From Octopus bimaculoides (lineage: Eukaryota), in the NCBI RefSeq assembly GCF_001194135.2, contig NC_069007.1, positions 587,832 through 642,969 on the forward strand: 55,138 nucleotides of DNA, read 5' to 3'. Within the stretch, counting starts at the first letter, position 1, and every line of letters starts with the position of its first letter. The position numbers and the translations under genes were made by a program. This document shows, one piece after another, positions 25,923 through 40,426 of this stretch. The notes below the pieces were generated by a model that saw nothing but the letters and a program-made list of their open reading frames with translations, made no database searches and was not told the DNA's origin.

Positions 25923-26273
25923 NNNNNNNNNNNNNNNNNNNNNNNNNNNNNNNNNNNNNNNNNNNNNNNNNNNNNNNNNNNNNNNNNNNNNNNNNNNNNN
26001 NNNNNNNNNNNNNNNNNNNNNNNNNNNNNNNNNNNNNNNNNNNNNNNNNNNNNNNNNNNNNNNNNNNNNNNNNNNNNNNNNNNNNNNNNNNNNNNNNNNN
26101 NNNNNNNNNNNNNNNNNNNNNNNNNNNNNNNNNNNNNNNNNNNNNNNNNNNNNNNNNNNNNNNNNNNNNNNNNNNNNNNNNNNNNNNNNNNNNNNNNNNN
26201 NNNNNNNNNNNNNNNNNNNNNNNNNNNNNNNNNNNNNNNNNNNNNNNNNNNNNNNNNNNNNNNNNNNNNNNNA

Positions 26274-26308
<35 letters not shown>

Positions 26309-26376
26309 GCATGTACATACACATGTAGATGTAAGTATGTACATATATGTGTGTATACATGTATATATATTCTTTG

Positions 26377-26412
<36 letters not shown>

Positions 26413-27159
26413 ATATATGTATACACACGCACACACACATATATATATATATGCTTATATGTATGTGTGTATATGTAACTACAAATGTTTACGCGAACAC
26501 ACATACACACATGTATATATACAGATATACATAAATTATACACATATCTACTAGACACACATGCGTTTTATATGGTACGCAGTATTCCTGAAAAAGACAC
26601 AAAACAGGCATTCATCATAACGGTGGTCCGTACACGTTTCCATATAATTAAATAAGTGCAATGACAGTGTCTATATGAGAAGTAGAACGGAAATTAAAGA
26701 ATCCTAAACATATAATACAATGGACAGATTCGAATATTACATTTATATATGGATGGAGAATGGCGGCGTGGTTATGCTGGGTGATTTGTATTATTGAGTA
26801 CTACTTACAATGAAACACACTGCGTACAACCTTGGCGAATGTCTTTAGAACAGTTTCGTGATAGGATTGAGTATTTGAAAACTGGGTTGAAGCCTGATTC
26901 ACGGATTTTACCTGTAATTCACTGGTAAAGTATGTGTCGTGTTGATTATCCACAAGTACACCTGTCTCTATATTTCACAAACTGTACATTACACAAATGC
27001 GAACGTTCTAGAATCCCAAGGGCTTCTATGCTGGCTTGCGATCATAAACCTACTTAAAACAATCCAGAAAATATAATACATGTTACCAAGGCAATCGCTT
27101 TTGGCGTTCACAGCTGGTTATCGCCCCACCTATTTTCCTTCTCTCTCTCTGCACACACA

Positions 27160-27203
<44 letters not shown>

Positions 27204-27531
27204 ATAGCATATAATATGCACTAGCTCCAATTAATATCATGCAGCGACATGACAATAAATACAATAAGTACACATCATGGCTGGTTTTATGCTTTACAAA
27301 ATAAAAAAAGAAAAAAAGTGTCTCGCCATGTGGGATATTTGAGTCGAAAAATTGCTTGGAAACAAGATGCTTAAAACATCAGGTTTCTTGGTTATTTTTG
27401 TTTTCACAGCATGAAATCGATACTCGATCGTATTTAAATAGTGTATATAGTAAATGATATTTATCTCTAAATGGATTTTATGATGATCCTACAAATAACG
27501 GAGTAGAGAATTATATATATATATATATATT

Positions 27532-27729
27532 TATTCTTTTCTACTCTTTGCACAAGGCCCGAAATTTTTGCGGAGGGGGAAGTCGATTACATCGACCACA
27601 GTACGCAACTTGTAATTAATTTATCAACCCCGAAAGAATGGAAGGCAAAATCGATCTATGCGGGATTTGAACTCAGAACACAAAGGCAGACGAAATAACG
27701 CTAAGCATTTCATCCGGCGTGCTAACGTT
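27532..27729 (-). mobile_element. SINE family A, head lost in gap
   Basis: Same body as the 5003 copy; ends at the N-run. Confidence 0.9.
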
Positions 27730-27984
27730 NNNNNNNNNNNNNNNNNNNNNNNNNNNNNNNNNNNNNNNNNNNNNNNNNNNNNNNNNNNNNNNNNNNNNNN
27801 NNNNNNNNNNNNNNNNNNNNNNNNNNNNNNNNNNNNNNNNNNNNNNNNNNNNNNNNNNNNNNNNNNNNNNNNNNNNNNNNNNNNNNNNNNNNNNNNNNNN
27901 NNNNNNNNNNNNNNNNNNNNNNNNNNNNNNNNNNNNNNNNNNNNNNNNNNNNNNNNNNNNNNNNNNNNNNNNNNNNNNNNNNNN

Positions 27985-28038
<54 letters not shown>

Positions 28039-28283
28039 GTCCATATGAGAGGCCCGGTTTTTTTTTTTTCTACCAACAGAAATCAAATTGTGTTCTGTTC
28101 ATTCGCTTGCGCACAAGAAATATAAATCCTTTGAGGGTACACTTTCAGGGTAATCGAAAGATTTATACAATAATTTGTGATGGAATCACAAATAGGGTAA
28201 TCGTAAGATTTATGTAATAATGTGCAAGGGAATCACGAATTGTAACAAATTTACACAGAAACATTGAAAGCAGACCATCACAA

Positions 28284-28316
<33 letters not shown>

Positions 28317-30376
28317 TTTATACATACGCATGCACGTGTTTGTGTATGTGCGTGTGTGTGCGCGCGCACGTTTGTTTACTCTTAGTTTCTCTCTGTGACA
28401 GCGTCACAACCTATGTTGGTCTGTTTACGATTCCGCATCTTAACGGTACGGCAAAATACACCGACACACTAACTACCAGTTATACAAACCAAACACTGGG
28501 GGCGATGCGTTCGATTAACCCTTCAACCTGGTTCCCCAGCATGACCGCTGTCCAATGAGTAAAGGAAGTAAAAGAGAAAGTCAAATGCCCAGTGTTTGAT
28601 TGAAGGTATTCCAACTGAAGTTCATAAACACAATATTTCCTGGGAAAGAAACGTTACTAAAAGGAGACTTGAAAACTGAATGAACGAAATTATATAAATA
28701 AAAAGAAGACAGAGTAGAATCAAAGAATAAATGAAAAAGAATAAAAAGGCTATTATTATTATTAGAAGGTATTTAAAAGAAAATCTCAAAAGACATGAGA
28801 GGTGAAACAAGTTACATGGCGAACTATATAAGCGTAATGTTAACAAAGCTATTTTATTGTCAAAGGGACTGATTTTAGTGTAAAAATAATGTAAAAATAT
28901 CAGAAAATTATCTAGTGGAAAAGTTCTTTTTTTTTTCAAAAACGCCATCTATCAAATGTTTCATGAATATTAAATTGATATGAAGTTCACTAGAGGCACC
29001 CACTACTTAATGCCTATTTCTATAGGTAACGATGAATAAAATTAAAGTGATATGAAATTAACTTCAGAAGCTTCATACTTAATGCATATTTCTATGGAGA
29101 AGACTGAATGTAGTTCAATTTGATTCGTAGGAATTAAAACGCCGTGTATAAAATACCAAGAGAAACAAATTTTTCGAATAGTTAACAAAAAAGGAAAAAA
29201 AATGAATGCAAATTTTACAACCAAAAGAAAGATTAAATGTGAATTACATTTGCTTTTATTATTTTGGTTAATTATATTAATAGACATTAAATTGATTTAA
29301 TAAGTAATTTTAAATATTATAATGACTTCATTGCTGAATCAATAAAAAAATGTTTTGGCTGAAATGTTCCATGGTTTGTAACAATAGGAGAGACAGCAAC
29401 TCATGGAATCGTACAATTCGTCTGCAAGTAAATACTGTATCGATGGAATATTTTAGGTGTAATACACTGTGAAAAATAAATAACGGTTCACACACGATAT
29501 AATATATTACAAAACTTGTTTAGAGGGAAATGTTTCGATACAAAATGTGTACATGTGCAAGAGGCTGTTCTAAAAACAACCTAGAATTCAATATATTTGC
29601 TAGAATGGAACTTCTTTCTTTTAGTAGAACTCGGGCATAAGAGAGAAAAACAATATAAAAAATTCCCAAATTATATTACAAAACTTCCTGTCGTATATAT
29701 TGTAATTATTAATCAATAAAATGTGTGTGAAATACCATTTGTTACAAAATGTAATTTGTTATATACATAAATGTACACACACGCACACACATATTCATAT
29801 ACATATCCGTACACACCAGCACACAAACACACACATATATAGATATACATTCCACATCGATACATGCATATACATGTATATAAATGTAATATTATTAAAT
29901 TTTTAAAAAGTGTATGTTTTGGTTGAGAATTTTAATATTGAAGTATGAATCAGACAAACTCAAAACGGTGGGTTTTTTTTAGTAACAAGATAATAATAAT
30001 AACACTAAATATGAGTGAACAAAGTACCTACAGAAAATCTATTTATTGATAGATGTTTGAAAATAAGAGGGTACAATTTAAGGATATTGGTTTCAGAAGG
30101 CAGTAACTGGATTATGGGAAAATTGGAAACAGTAAAATATAAAAAGTGAAAAGAAAACGATTATTAAAAAAACAGATTTGTAAGAATTTGAATGTGTAGG
30201 ATATAAAAAAATGGAAATAGAATTTGTGTTTGAGTGAATTCAAAATAAAAATGGACGCTGTTTTGTACATGGAGTATATTTTATTCATTTAACGTTTTTG
30301 TTAGTTACGTGGACATAAAATCACATATACAAATAAGAACATACAGATATCTTTGTAAATACACACACACACACAC

Positions 30377-30437
<61 letters not shown>

Positions 30438-30543
30438 ATAGTAGATATTAGTAATATATTGTCATATTTCCTGCGGAGTAAGTCTGATGTTCCTCTGAGT
30501 TTTGCCCACAAGGTTTGCCCCAAGGGTTTTCAGGCAATTTATA

Positions 30544-30580
30544 ACTCACCTGAAACCCTAAATAAACACAAAGCAAATTT
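30544..30580 (-). other. Candidate recursive splice site or 8-nt micro-exon
   Basis: Minus strand reads tttgctttgtgtttatttAG ggtttCAG|GTGAGT, with the junction at 30550/30549. Confidence 0.35.
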
Positions 30581-32036
30581 GGAAGGACAAGATACTAGGT
30601 CGAACAAATTTATATATTTATATGTGTGTGTGTATGAGAGAGTGTTTGTGTGTGTGTGCGTGTGTGTGTGTGTGCAAAAATGTATAATTAGATTACATGT
30701 ATATTTGATGAAGAAAGACGCTTCTCAACAATAATAAGATAGTAACGCCTGTTATATCTTTCATAATGTCTTTTCGATCTGGGCTTCTCTAAAACTAAAT
30801 ATGAATTCCATCGCACAAGTACTTCTATGGGTCGCCTCTTAATTACCTAACGTGCAAAACACACTCTGTACTCATTACATACAAATGAATGAACATGCGT
30901 GTGTATGTGAGAGAGGGGGGGGGGAGAGAGAAGGCGTTTCATTGCGTGAGAAAAAATAAAAAACAAAAATCACATTGAAAAATAAATTATGAAAAAATAC
31001 CGAATTCAAGAAGGAAAATTGGTTTTACTCCTCAAGCCACAATCCATTAAGTTACTATTTTACTACTACTACCAGCACCACCACCACCACCACTAGTAGT
31101 AGTAGTAGTAGTAATAGTAGTAGTTATTTTATTCGCTCCTTAATTTTAGTTTTGTTTGTATTATCATTCATGCAATTTAATGTTTTTTCAATAATAGTAA
31201 TAATAATAAGAGTGATGATGATGATGATGATGATGACGACTATGATGATGATAATTGTGCATCCGTTCGTTGCAGTGATGTCCTAGTTTCACATGAGCGT
31301 GGATATTGGAAGAAATAGCTATAAAATAGTTCAAAATAAATTTAATTAGGAAAAACTAGCATCAAAGCCGAAGGAATTGCAGTGAATGTGAGGAATGATT
31401 CAACTTAACAAATGCTTCATTTACTTAGATTCAGTTGCAAATATCAGAGATGTGTGTCGATGCAGTGGTGTTTGTGTGAGTTAGCTATATACGGACACAC
31501 AAACAAAAAAAAGATACACTCGCATACACAAGCATCTGCGTCTATGGCTGTGGGAAGTCTCTCTATCTCGAGTGGTTTTTAGCTTCTAAGGTGTGTGGTT
31601 TCTATTTCAATGTGTCTACAAGAACTGGCGAAAAAGGTGCGCAAATGTCTGTCGGCAGCTGTGTGTGTGTATTTGTGTATGTGTGTGTGTGTGTGTGCAT
31701 GCTTGAGAGGGTATGGATGTGTTTGTGTGTTTATGCAATTAGGTTTTTGTATTTTTGTGTAGTCTTGATTGGAGAGAGATGCGTATGCGCGTGTGGAGTT
31801 AAGCTTCATTACAAAACCACGTCTGTTTGTATTATGTGCGTCCAGATTTACATATTGACATATGTGTGTATGTACAAATACATACATATATAGTTACATA
31901 TGTGTATATGTATATATTTATACATACTATATCTATATACATACATACTATCTACATATTTATACATACACAGACTCACGAACGCACTCACACTTACACA
32001 CACATATAAGTTGTAAAGTTTGAGTACAGAACTAAT

Positions 32037-32400
32037 AGTGGTTTGTTCAACCAACAGCGTTTCAATGCAAAAACTAAAACTTTAGTGCAAACAGTTCGAG
32101 ATCTTCTCGTCACAGACGATTGTGCACTTGTAGCACACACTTTTGAGGACACGCAATGGATTCTAAACAATTTCTCGCATGCATCGAAGGGTTTTGGCCT
32201 CACATCAGCATCAAAAAATCTGAGCTTGTTCCTCAGCCCATTCGTGACCATCTTCCTGCTGTTCCCTCTATTGTATATGTCGATGGGAAAGCACTAAAAA
32301 CAGTTTCCTCCTTCACATATCCAATGATGCTAACATGGATAAAGAAATTGAGTCCAAAATCAGGACCCAAACAGTTTGCAAGGCACCGGCAGGCCTCTAG
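32037..32400 (+). mobile_element. RTE-clade (BovB-like) LINE reverse transcriptase fragment
   Basis: FNQQRFNAKTKTLVQTVRDLLVTDDCALVAH...FGLT / ISIKKSELVPQP...VDGKALKTVSSFTY matches RTE RT domains 5-7 (RDLLFADDCAL, GLTISLKKTEV). Frameshifted. Confidence 0.9.
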
Positions 32401-33219
32401 AGATACCATGTCCATTCCCTCAACTTATATATATATATATATATAATGTATGTGTGTGTAAATAGTGTTTGAAAAACTCCTGTATGCATCATGCAGTGAA
32501 TTTGATTCCAAGTTATGGAATTTGACCCATTAGTTGTAATGTTTACCTCTAATGGAAATCTTTCTCCTTATTCAATAATGTACCAGAGTCTCATTAAAGA
32601 TTGGTGAATAGAGTTATTGAGAGTCACTTATGAATTATAATTAACCAACTAAGTAAGAAGATCTGTTAACAAGAGACAATTCTGTCAAGTACGTTTACAC
32701 TTCAGTTTGATTTACCTAATTCGACGTAAGTTTTTTGTTGCAAACGTTGTCGATTTTATTCCAAACAAAGCTGCATAACGTCTTCCAACTTCTTTTCCAA
32801 CGTCTTTCCATTAATTCTACTCACACACACACGTTGCATACGATTTTGGTTTGGCTGTATGATCCTTAGAAATGCTTGGTTGCAGTGAGAGATTTATAAT
32901 CCCATTTTCATTTCTGAAAATGAGTGGGTTTCGTGCTAACGTTTGACATCATTAAAATCCTCGACAATAAAATCAACATTCTCATCATCAATACGATCTT
33001 CGTCCTCTTCACCCTTCCTCCCTCTTCTCACCTTCAACACTATCACCATTAATGTCATTCTGATCATCTTCATTGTTCGCAGCACAAGCTTAATGGTCGT
33101 CGTCTTCATCATCATCATCATCATCATCTTCTGAACGCTAGAGAGTATGCTTTGCGGCATTTCTTCCCACTTTTTACGTTGTGAGTTCAAATCACGCAGA
33201 GATCAACATTTCTCTTTCA

Positions 33220-33800
33220 TTATCTCACAATATCTGAGTTTGTTTCGTTTCTGCTGCCACGCATCCTACACACGGGCGATTCGCTACTCTCATCTATTTG
33301 GAACTTGGTGTAATTAGTCGTCAGAGCTTGTTCCTGGACGCTGCATATTAATGCCCCAGTGCATCCTTTCAGGTCTCTTTTTCTTAGCCATCTGCAAGTG
33401 TTGATTTTGTCTTTTCTTTCGATTTCTCTGAGGTATTGCTCATGCAATGGTTTCATTTTCCAATTGTTTACTCTTTCTTCTTAATCTTGTTTCTTAAATG
33501 TTTTTGGGTGCATCACCTTTTTGGTTGCTATTGTAGTGTTAATTCGAACAGCGACAAGCAAGGATTCACTCGTTTGTTTGTTGTACCTCCCCAGAGTGTT
33601 CTCGTTGACAACACAAATTTTGCATCCTATGAGGCCTTTTGATCCCTCGTTTCTAGGCACATACAGTCTGCTAGAATCGCTTTTGCAGTGTTGTCCATTC
33701 CTCATTCTTGTTCTTTGTACACCAAGCAATACCCGAGCCATACTGCATCCAGGAACCAACTCATGTGTCCATTGCTCTGACCTTATTTTCTCCATTGCGT
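33220..33800 (-). mobile_element. R4/Dong-like LINE fragment (end of RT to zinc knuckle)
   Basis: NKVRAMDT*..QYGSGI; KSDSSRLYVPRNEGSKGLIGCK; KPLHEQYLRE..WLRKRDLKGCTGALICSVQEQALTTNY..SPVCRMRGSRNET. Confidence 0.9.
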
Positions 33801-33804
33801 CTAA

Positions 33805-34170
33805 TTCGCATAATTAATTCGATTCTTCTCACACATTCTGCAGAGGTCCAATGCACTTATGTGAGATATATTCATTTTCACTCAGTTTGTATTCAATGCT
33901 TGGTTCTGGGCCGCGATGATTAAGCTTTCAGTATTCCTTTTTAAATCATCCTTTTGGAGCCACCTCCATCATGCTCCCTGGTCTTTTAATCTGTTGGTTT
34001 CACGGTGGAACCGACCATGTAATTCCATACGGATTAGGGTTTCTTCTCTCTCGTTGGTCGTTGTTGTTCAATATTCATGAGCTCTCTCAGGTCCATTTTT
34101 TGTTAACTCCTGCACTAGCAGCATACTGTAGCAGGTCCTCTTTGCTGTTTACCAATTATTGTGCCATGTT
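33805..34170 (-). mobile_element. Second, distinct R4/Dong-like fragment covering the same C-terminal region
   Basis: MELHGRFHRETN..WRWLQKDDLKRNTESLIIAAQNQALNTN*VK..DLCRMCEK. Confidence 0.85.
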
Positions 34171-34588
34171 TCTTCTTTCCCTATCATCATCATCATCATC
34201 ATCATCATCATGTGAGGGCACGTGAGTTAAAGATTAGGGTGTTGTCCACCCGATCTAGCAATCGTGATTTCAATTCCTAGACCAGGAGATGCGTTGATCA
34301 TCTGACGCGTTGTACAAAGTGATCCCCTTCAGACAACGTTGATTTCAGGGAGACAGTGAGGTAATGTGCCGCACGAACACCTTGGGCAAAAACTGAACGC
34401 TCACACCTCTTCTTTTATGGGAGAGTTCTTCATTATTATTAATATTATTGTTATTATTGCCACCAAAATTTTGGGCACCACCATTAACACCACCAAAACC
34501 AGCACCACTTTTATTATTATGACATGTATTCATAATAATAATAATAATGATATAATAATAGTAATGAAAATAATGAATGCAACCACTC

Positions 34589-34631
<43 letters not shown>

Positions 34632-35344
34632 TGACACTGACCTCTGAAATATAAAGGAAATGAAATCCCACAGGAAATTAAGTGGATTCTTTCAGATATT
34701 CCTTGTTCGCTTTTTTCTTCATTTTCTGCTGCCAGTAAAAATATCTTTCTGATATAATTCATTCTTAATGGTACCAGACAAGACTTTTCATGATGGAGAT
34801 ATAACTTAAAATAACCATCAACCGTTTTAACATTGATTTCTTGTTTTTTATTCGTTTTTTACTTTTCACTTGGTTTCTGTTTTAGAATCATTGCTTGCTT
34901 TTTTTTTTTTTTTGGAAAAGGGGTGTGTTTTACTTATTTATTTGACTGTTTGCTGATTATTGTTATTATTATCATTATTATTTCTCTTCTTCGGATTGTT
35001 TTTCATGGTTTTATTTTTTTTCTTTAGGGGTTGGGTACATCTTTATTAGGTGCTGCATTTTTCTCATTCCTGTTTCTATATAGACTTACTTTCATAAAGT
35101 ACACACAAATGTATATATATAGTCCTACAAACATTATATATATATATATGTATATCATATGAATGTACATAATGTATACATATTTGCATATATTTACATA
35201 TCTATTACGAGTATGCACATGTATATACATATATATATAGATATATGTATATATACATAAACATATACATATGTATGTGCATAGTTATCTATATATGTAC
35301 ATACATATGTATATACATATTTATGTATATGCATATATATGGAG

Positions 35345-35389
<45 letters not shown>

Positions 35390-35956
35390 CGCACACACAA
35401 TTATATATATACAGAGAGAGAAAGGGGGAGAGAGAACTTCTTTTCTCGTTTGGTCATTTTTCTTCTTTTCTTCTCTTTTCCTAATGTAATGGGAAATGTT
35501 CAGATAACAATATTTCAATGGAACCTGGTAGTCCTTCCGTGGTTTTAAAATTGTCTTCAAAAATAAATCAGGAACCAAGGAACAATGCCATTATATTCTA
35601 CCAACATTAATGTTTCTTTCTTCTTATTTATTTCTATCTTTCTTGCTTCCATTCTTTCGTTTATTCTCGGTATTTAATTATTTATTTATTTATATATGCA
35701 TGGATTTATGCATACACGGAAAGATGTATGTAAACAGAAGCAGCGAGACACACGCGCAGGCATGTCTACGTGTGTTTGTGCATACTTGTTATCGATATAT
35801 ACAGGTATATGTAGACCCATTCATTATTGTCTATATATGTATATACAACACTTGTTGTTTCCTCTTGAGATTGTCTTCCCTTTGCATATTGTGCCAGTCA
35901 ATGTATACACACAAACGTACATGTATGTACATACACGTTACATACGCGAACACACG

Positions 35957-35998
<42 letters not shown>

Positions 35999-36999
35999 CA
36001 TATATATATGTATATATATATATATATACTTTATTCGTCTTTTATCTTTTGCTNNNNNNNNNNNNNNNNNNNNNNNNNNNNNNNNNNNNNNNNNNNNNNN
36101 NNNNNNNNNNNNNNNNNNNNNNNNNNNNNNNNNNNNNNNNNNNNNNNNNNNNNNNNNNNNNNNNNNNNNNNNNNNNNNNNNNNNNNNNNNNNNNNNNNNN
36201 NNNNNNNNNNNNNNNNNNNNNNNNNNNNNNNNNNNNNNNNNNNNNNNNNNNNNNNNNNNNNNNNNNNNNNNNNNNNNNNNNNNNNNNNNNNNNNNNNNNN
36301 NNNNNNNNNNNNNNNNNNNNNNNNNNNNNNNNNNNNNNNNNNNNNNNNNNNNNNNNNNNNNNNNNNNNNNNNNNNNNNNNNNNNNNNNNNNNNNNNNNNN
36401 NNNNNNNNNNNNNNNNNNNNNNNNNNNNNNNNNNNNNNNNNNNNNNNNNNNNNNNNNNNNNNNNNNNNNNNNNNNNNNNNNNNATATATATATATATATA
36501 TATATGTATGTATATATATCCATCCTTATTTGTTTATGCCAAATGTCTCTGAATTCGCTCTGAGAATCTCTTATGCTACTTGCTGTCAGTTACCGAATGG
36601 GATTCCCATATTCCAAAGTAATTTGATAGAATGCTGATACATCCGGAACTCTGTACACCTTAGGATGAATATAATAATTACGAAAATGATTTCTGAATGG
36701 ATGCGGACACCTTTCTCTATGAGATCGGCTTAAAAAATTGTTAAGATGCTTGGATATTTTCCTACTTTTCTCAACATGAAGCAAACGGTAGCCTTTAATT
36801 CGCATATAAAGAAATTATATCCACCAATACTGTGTTGAGCACTCGTCTTCATCGTTCGACAGTTACGTATATGTGTGTGTGTGAGCGTGTGTGTCTTCTT
36901 GTGTGTGTATCTGCGTGTGTGTATGTATATATACATAGTTGCTCTTATACATATAAACACATGTGGATATTGATATATGTCTATATAAACATATGTATT

Positions 37000-37068
<69 letters not shown>

Positions 37069-38646
37069 CTACACAGGTATCTGTATACATTTACTGTCGT
37101 GTCTATCTAACATTTTTATGTATCCCAAAATACCACACACTAAAATCTACTTTGTTTCCGTATTATTCGCTGATTAAATCTTAAATAAAAGATAGATGAT
37201 ATCAGATAGTACTACATCGATGCTATCTCAAAATAATACCAAAATTAATGTCTTCGAAGTTTCAGCTATTTTCTATGCTGTTTACTTTCGTTGCAGTTGT
37301 AGCAGTTTTTGTCATAACGAACAAACTCGGTTCTTGTTCGCATCATCATTCCCGTGGCTACTCTGTCCGTTGAGCTGGTTCGTCACGTGCAAACAGTCTC
37401 ATCTTTATTTGTCTTGCCACTTGTATTTTATCAGCCTCGTGCGAACTCCCAAGTAGACTCTGCACGGGTACGAGACGTTTTATCACAAACCATTTTTCCA
37501 ACGATAGAGCACCAACAGTGACAACTTTCTCACCAATAACACTGGTTTCAAATTCGACACATGGAATTAATTAAGTATCAGTGAAACACTGGAGTCGGTG
37601 TAATCGACTTAACCCCTCACCACAAATTTCAGGCCTTCGGCCTATAGCAGGGGGGATTATTATCAATATTATTATTGTTACTACTATGAATAAGAACAAC
37701 AACAGCAACAATAATACGATATGCAATTACGATAATAAAATATGACAATAATATCGTCAATATTAACAATAATAGAAACACAAACATATAAATAAGAACA
37801 ACATTAACGGATATAAATAAGAACATTAACGGATTATTATACAGAAATATATTAGCGAAAGCAGCGAAAGCAATATGAACTGTAGCAGCCCCACCAAATC
37901 CATCACCACCGCTTACATCATCATCATCATCATCATCATCACTACGACTATCACCCCTACCATCACCACCACACCCCTACCATCGCCACCAGTGCTACCA
38001 CCGCCACCACCAACATCACCACGTTCAACATTATCAACGTCATCGCCAAGTCCACCGCCACCGCTAATACAATAAAAACAACTCCAACGGCCACAAAAAC
38101 AACAACAAACCACAAAATTACTTTCTAGTTTCATGCTTCGGTGAATTTCGAATATCGAGCGAGATTCTCCTTTCCATTTACCAACCGAAGCAAGTCAATC
38201 AACCTTGACGGTCTCTTCGTAAAAACCGTTTGATAGAAGAAAAACTCATTAGGGGCTGGGAGAGAATAACGAAGATTTCTAAAACGCTTAATTAATTAAA
38301 GTCATTAGTGTTGAAAGAATATCCATGAACAAAAATTCTGCAGAGATTTCAAATGGTGGAATATGTTAAATAATTTCCATCTACGTTAGCGTATTCTTAC
38401 CCGGCTTTCAACATGGCTTTTCAATTCATATTGCGTGGTGGTGGAACTTGTATATAGTCATACTGCGTGTATATGTATACGCATGTACAATTAGGCATGT
38501 ACAAGTATTTCTATTTATATGTGTGTATTCTTATGTGTGCGAATATATATATATAAACGTATCTTTCTCTCTATATGTATAAATGCATATATACTTGCGT
38601 ATGTATGTATGTATGTATGTATGTAGGTAGGTTATGTGTGTATGTC

Positions 38647-38746
38647 ATTATTCAGTATACTTCAAGACTTCTTGCCAATAGAGAAAGATGTGGGTTATAA
38701 CCTAGATGCAAGATTCCTCCATTGGAATTTCAATATCAACAACGGG
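38647..38746. repeat. 100-bp dispersed unit, copy 3 of 3
   Basis: attattcagtatacttcaagacttcttgccaatagagaaag...attggaatttcaatatcaacaac, more diverged than copies 1 and 2. Confidence 0.8.
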
Positions 38747-38776
38747 GTATATATGTATGTATGTATGTTTGTACAC

Positions 38777-38925
38777 GATGGACTTCTTTGCGCTTCTGTC
38801 TCCCAAACCCACTCACACGGCGTTGGTCGGACCGAAGATATATTGGAAAATCATTTGCCCAATGTGGCACGCAGTGGGATTGAAACCCGGAACCACGTGG
38901 TTGGGAAGCAAACATCTTGACGCAC
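38777..38925 (-). mobile_element. SINE family B 5' half
   Basis: cacgcagtgggattgaaacccggaaccacgtggttgggaagcaa matches the head of the 13678 copy. Confidence 0.85.
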
Positions 38926-38965
38926 TCACACACACACATATCTGTCTGTGTGTGTACATGTATAA

Positions 38966-39008
<43 letters not shown>

Positions 39009-39036
39009 NNNNNNNNNNATATATATATATACATGA

Positions 39037-39105
<69 letters not shown>

Positions 39106-39496
39106 CGCGCGTATGCATATAATAAGATCACAAATGAGTTAAAATTTCACAAGAGCTTTTACGATTTTTTGCATCGAGAAAAAAATCGTTCACTTAAAGT
39201 GAGTTAAAAATTCAATATTTCGTTCGGGGGTTAAAAAAAGATGCGGATTGAACCTCCAATTTCGGCATCATAGAGGAGAGAGAGAGAGAAAAACACTGAT
39301 TTAACCAGATTTAACCGGCTGAGACGCCAGAGGTCAGTGGGCCAAACGACAGACTACGATGACAACGGCGATAATGTTTCAATCTTACTTATAAGAGTGA
39401 CGATGATAATTGTTATAATGTCGTTTTGATGATGAGGTTTTCTTGGGGGAAATAGTGTTGCGGCTGCTGATTATGATGAAGAATATACTTCTATCG

Positions 39497-39540
<44 letters not shown>

Positions 39541-40426
39541 CAGCTGAAGGTGAAGTAATGGTAGGTGGAAGCTGAGTATAAATGTCTTGATGAAGTCATC
39601 AAAACACGTTCAAAAGAAAAACACACGCTCATTAAGATGAGCGTTCTTCATTCATTCGTTGTTACTTTTAAGTTAAAAATTTATTAATTCTACTTTGGAA
39701 ATTGTTCTTTCAATTTTATTACGACTTTTATATTTTCCATTATCCTCATTGTTGTTGTTGTTCTCGGAGATGATGATGCTGTTTTTATTGATGATGTTAT
39801 TTTCATTAATATTCATCATCATCATCGTACCGCATCACATAGCTGTCTCAATACAATACACTTCCTCTTCCTCCCCCTCCTTTCTCATCCCATTGCAGCT
39901 TCTTCATAATCGATTGGTTTCCTGTGTCGGCGTATTTAAATCTGACAATTTCCCATATTTGAATCCCTTGGCAGAATTAGAAGTAAGAATATAAAGACCA
40001 ACAAGGCCTACTTCAATTCATCTCCAGTCCACCCTAAATGCTCTATTAATACTACTAATTCACCGTCCCCGAAAACTGAAAGTGAAAATCGACGTTGGTG
40101 GTATTCGAAATCAGAATTGTAGAGTATCGAAACAAGTAACTTGAGGTAGACGATCTGACGTTTTAAAGATTCTTCCAGTTCACCTTTATTAATTATTCAA
40201 ACTTAGTCGTCAGAGAAATACCGGATCTGAATGGTTCCTTGATTGGCTCTAATTAGCAGACATTGTCCAATGTTTATATCTAGCGTTTCCTTCTAATTTC
40301 ATTTTCTTCATTTTATTTCACTGTACACCCCCCCCTCTTTTACATCACCTCTTCACCTGTTGCCCTTTACCGTCGTCATCATCATCATCATCATCATGAA
40401 GCTAGTACACGCTAATTTAATCAGCA

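Noticed and set aside
36620-36840. Possible PIF/Harbinger transposase remnant (NDF*MDADTFLY)
   Set aside because: A single short motif with stops and no supporting DDE segments.
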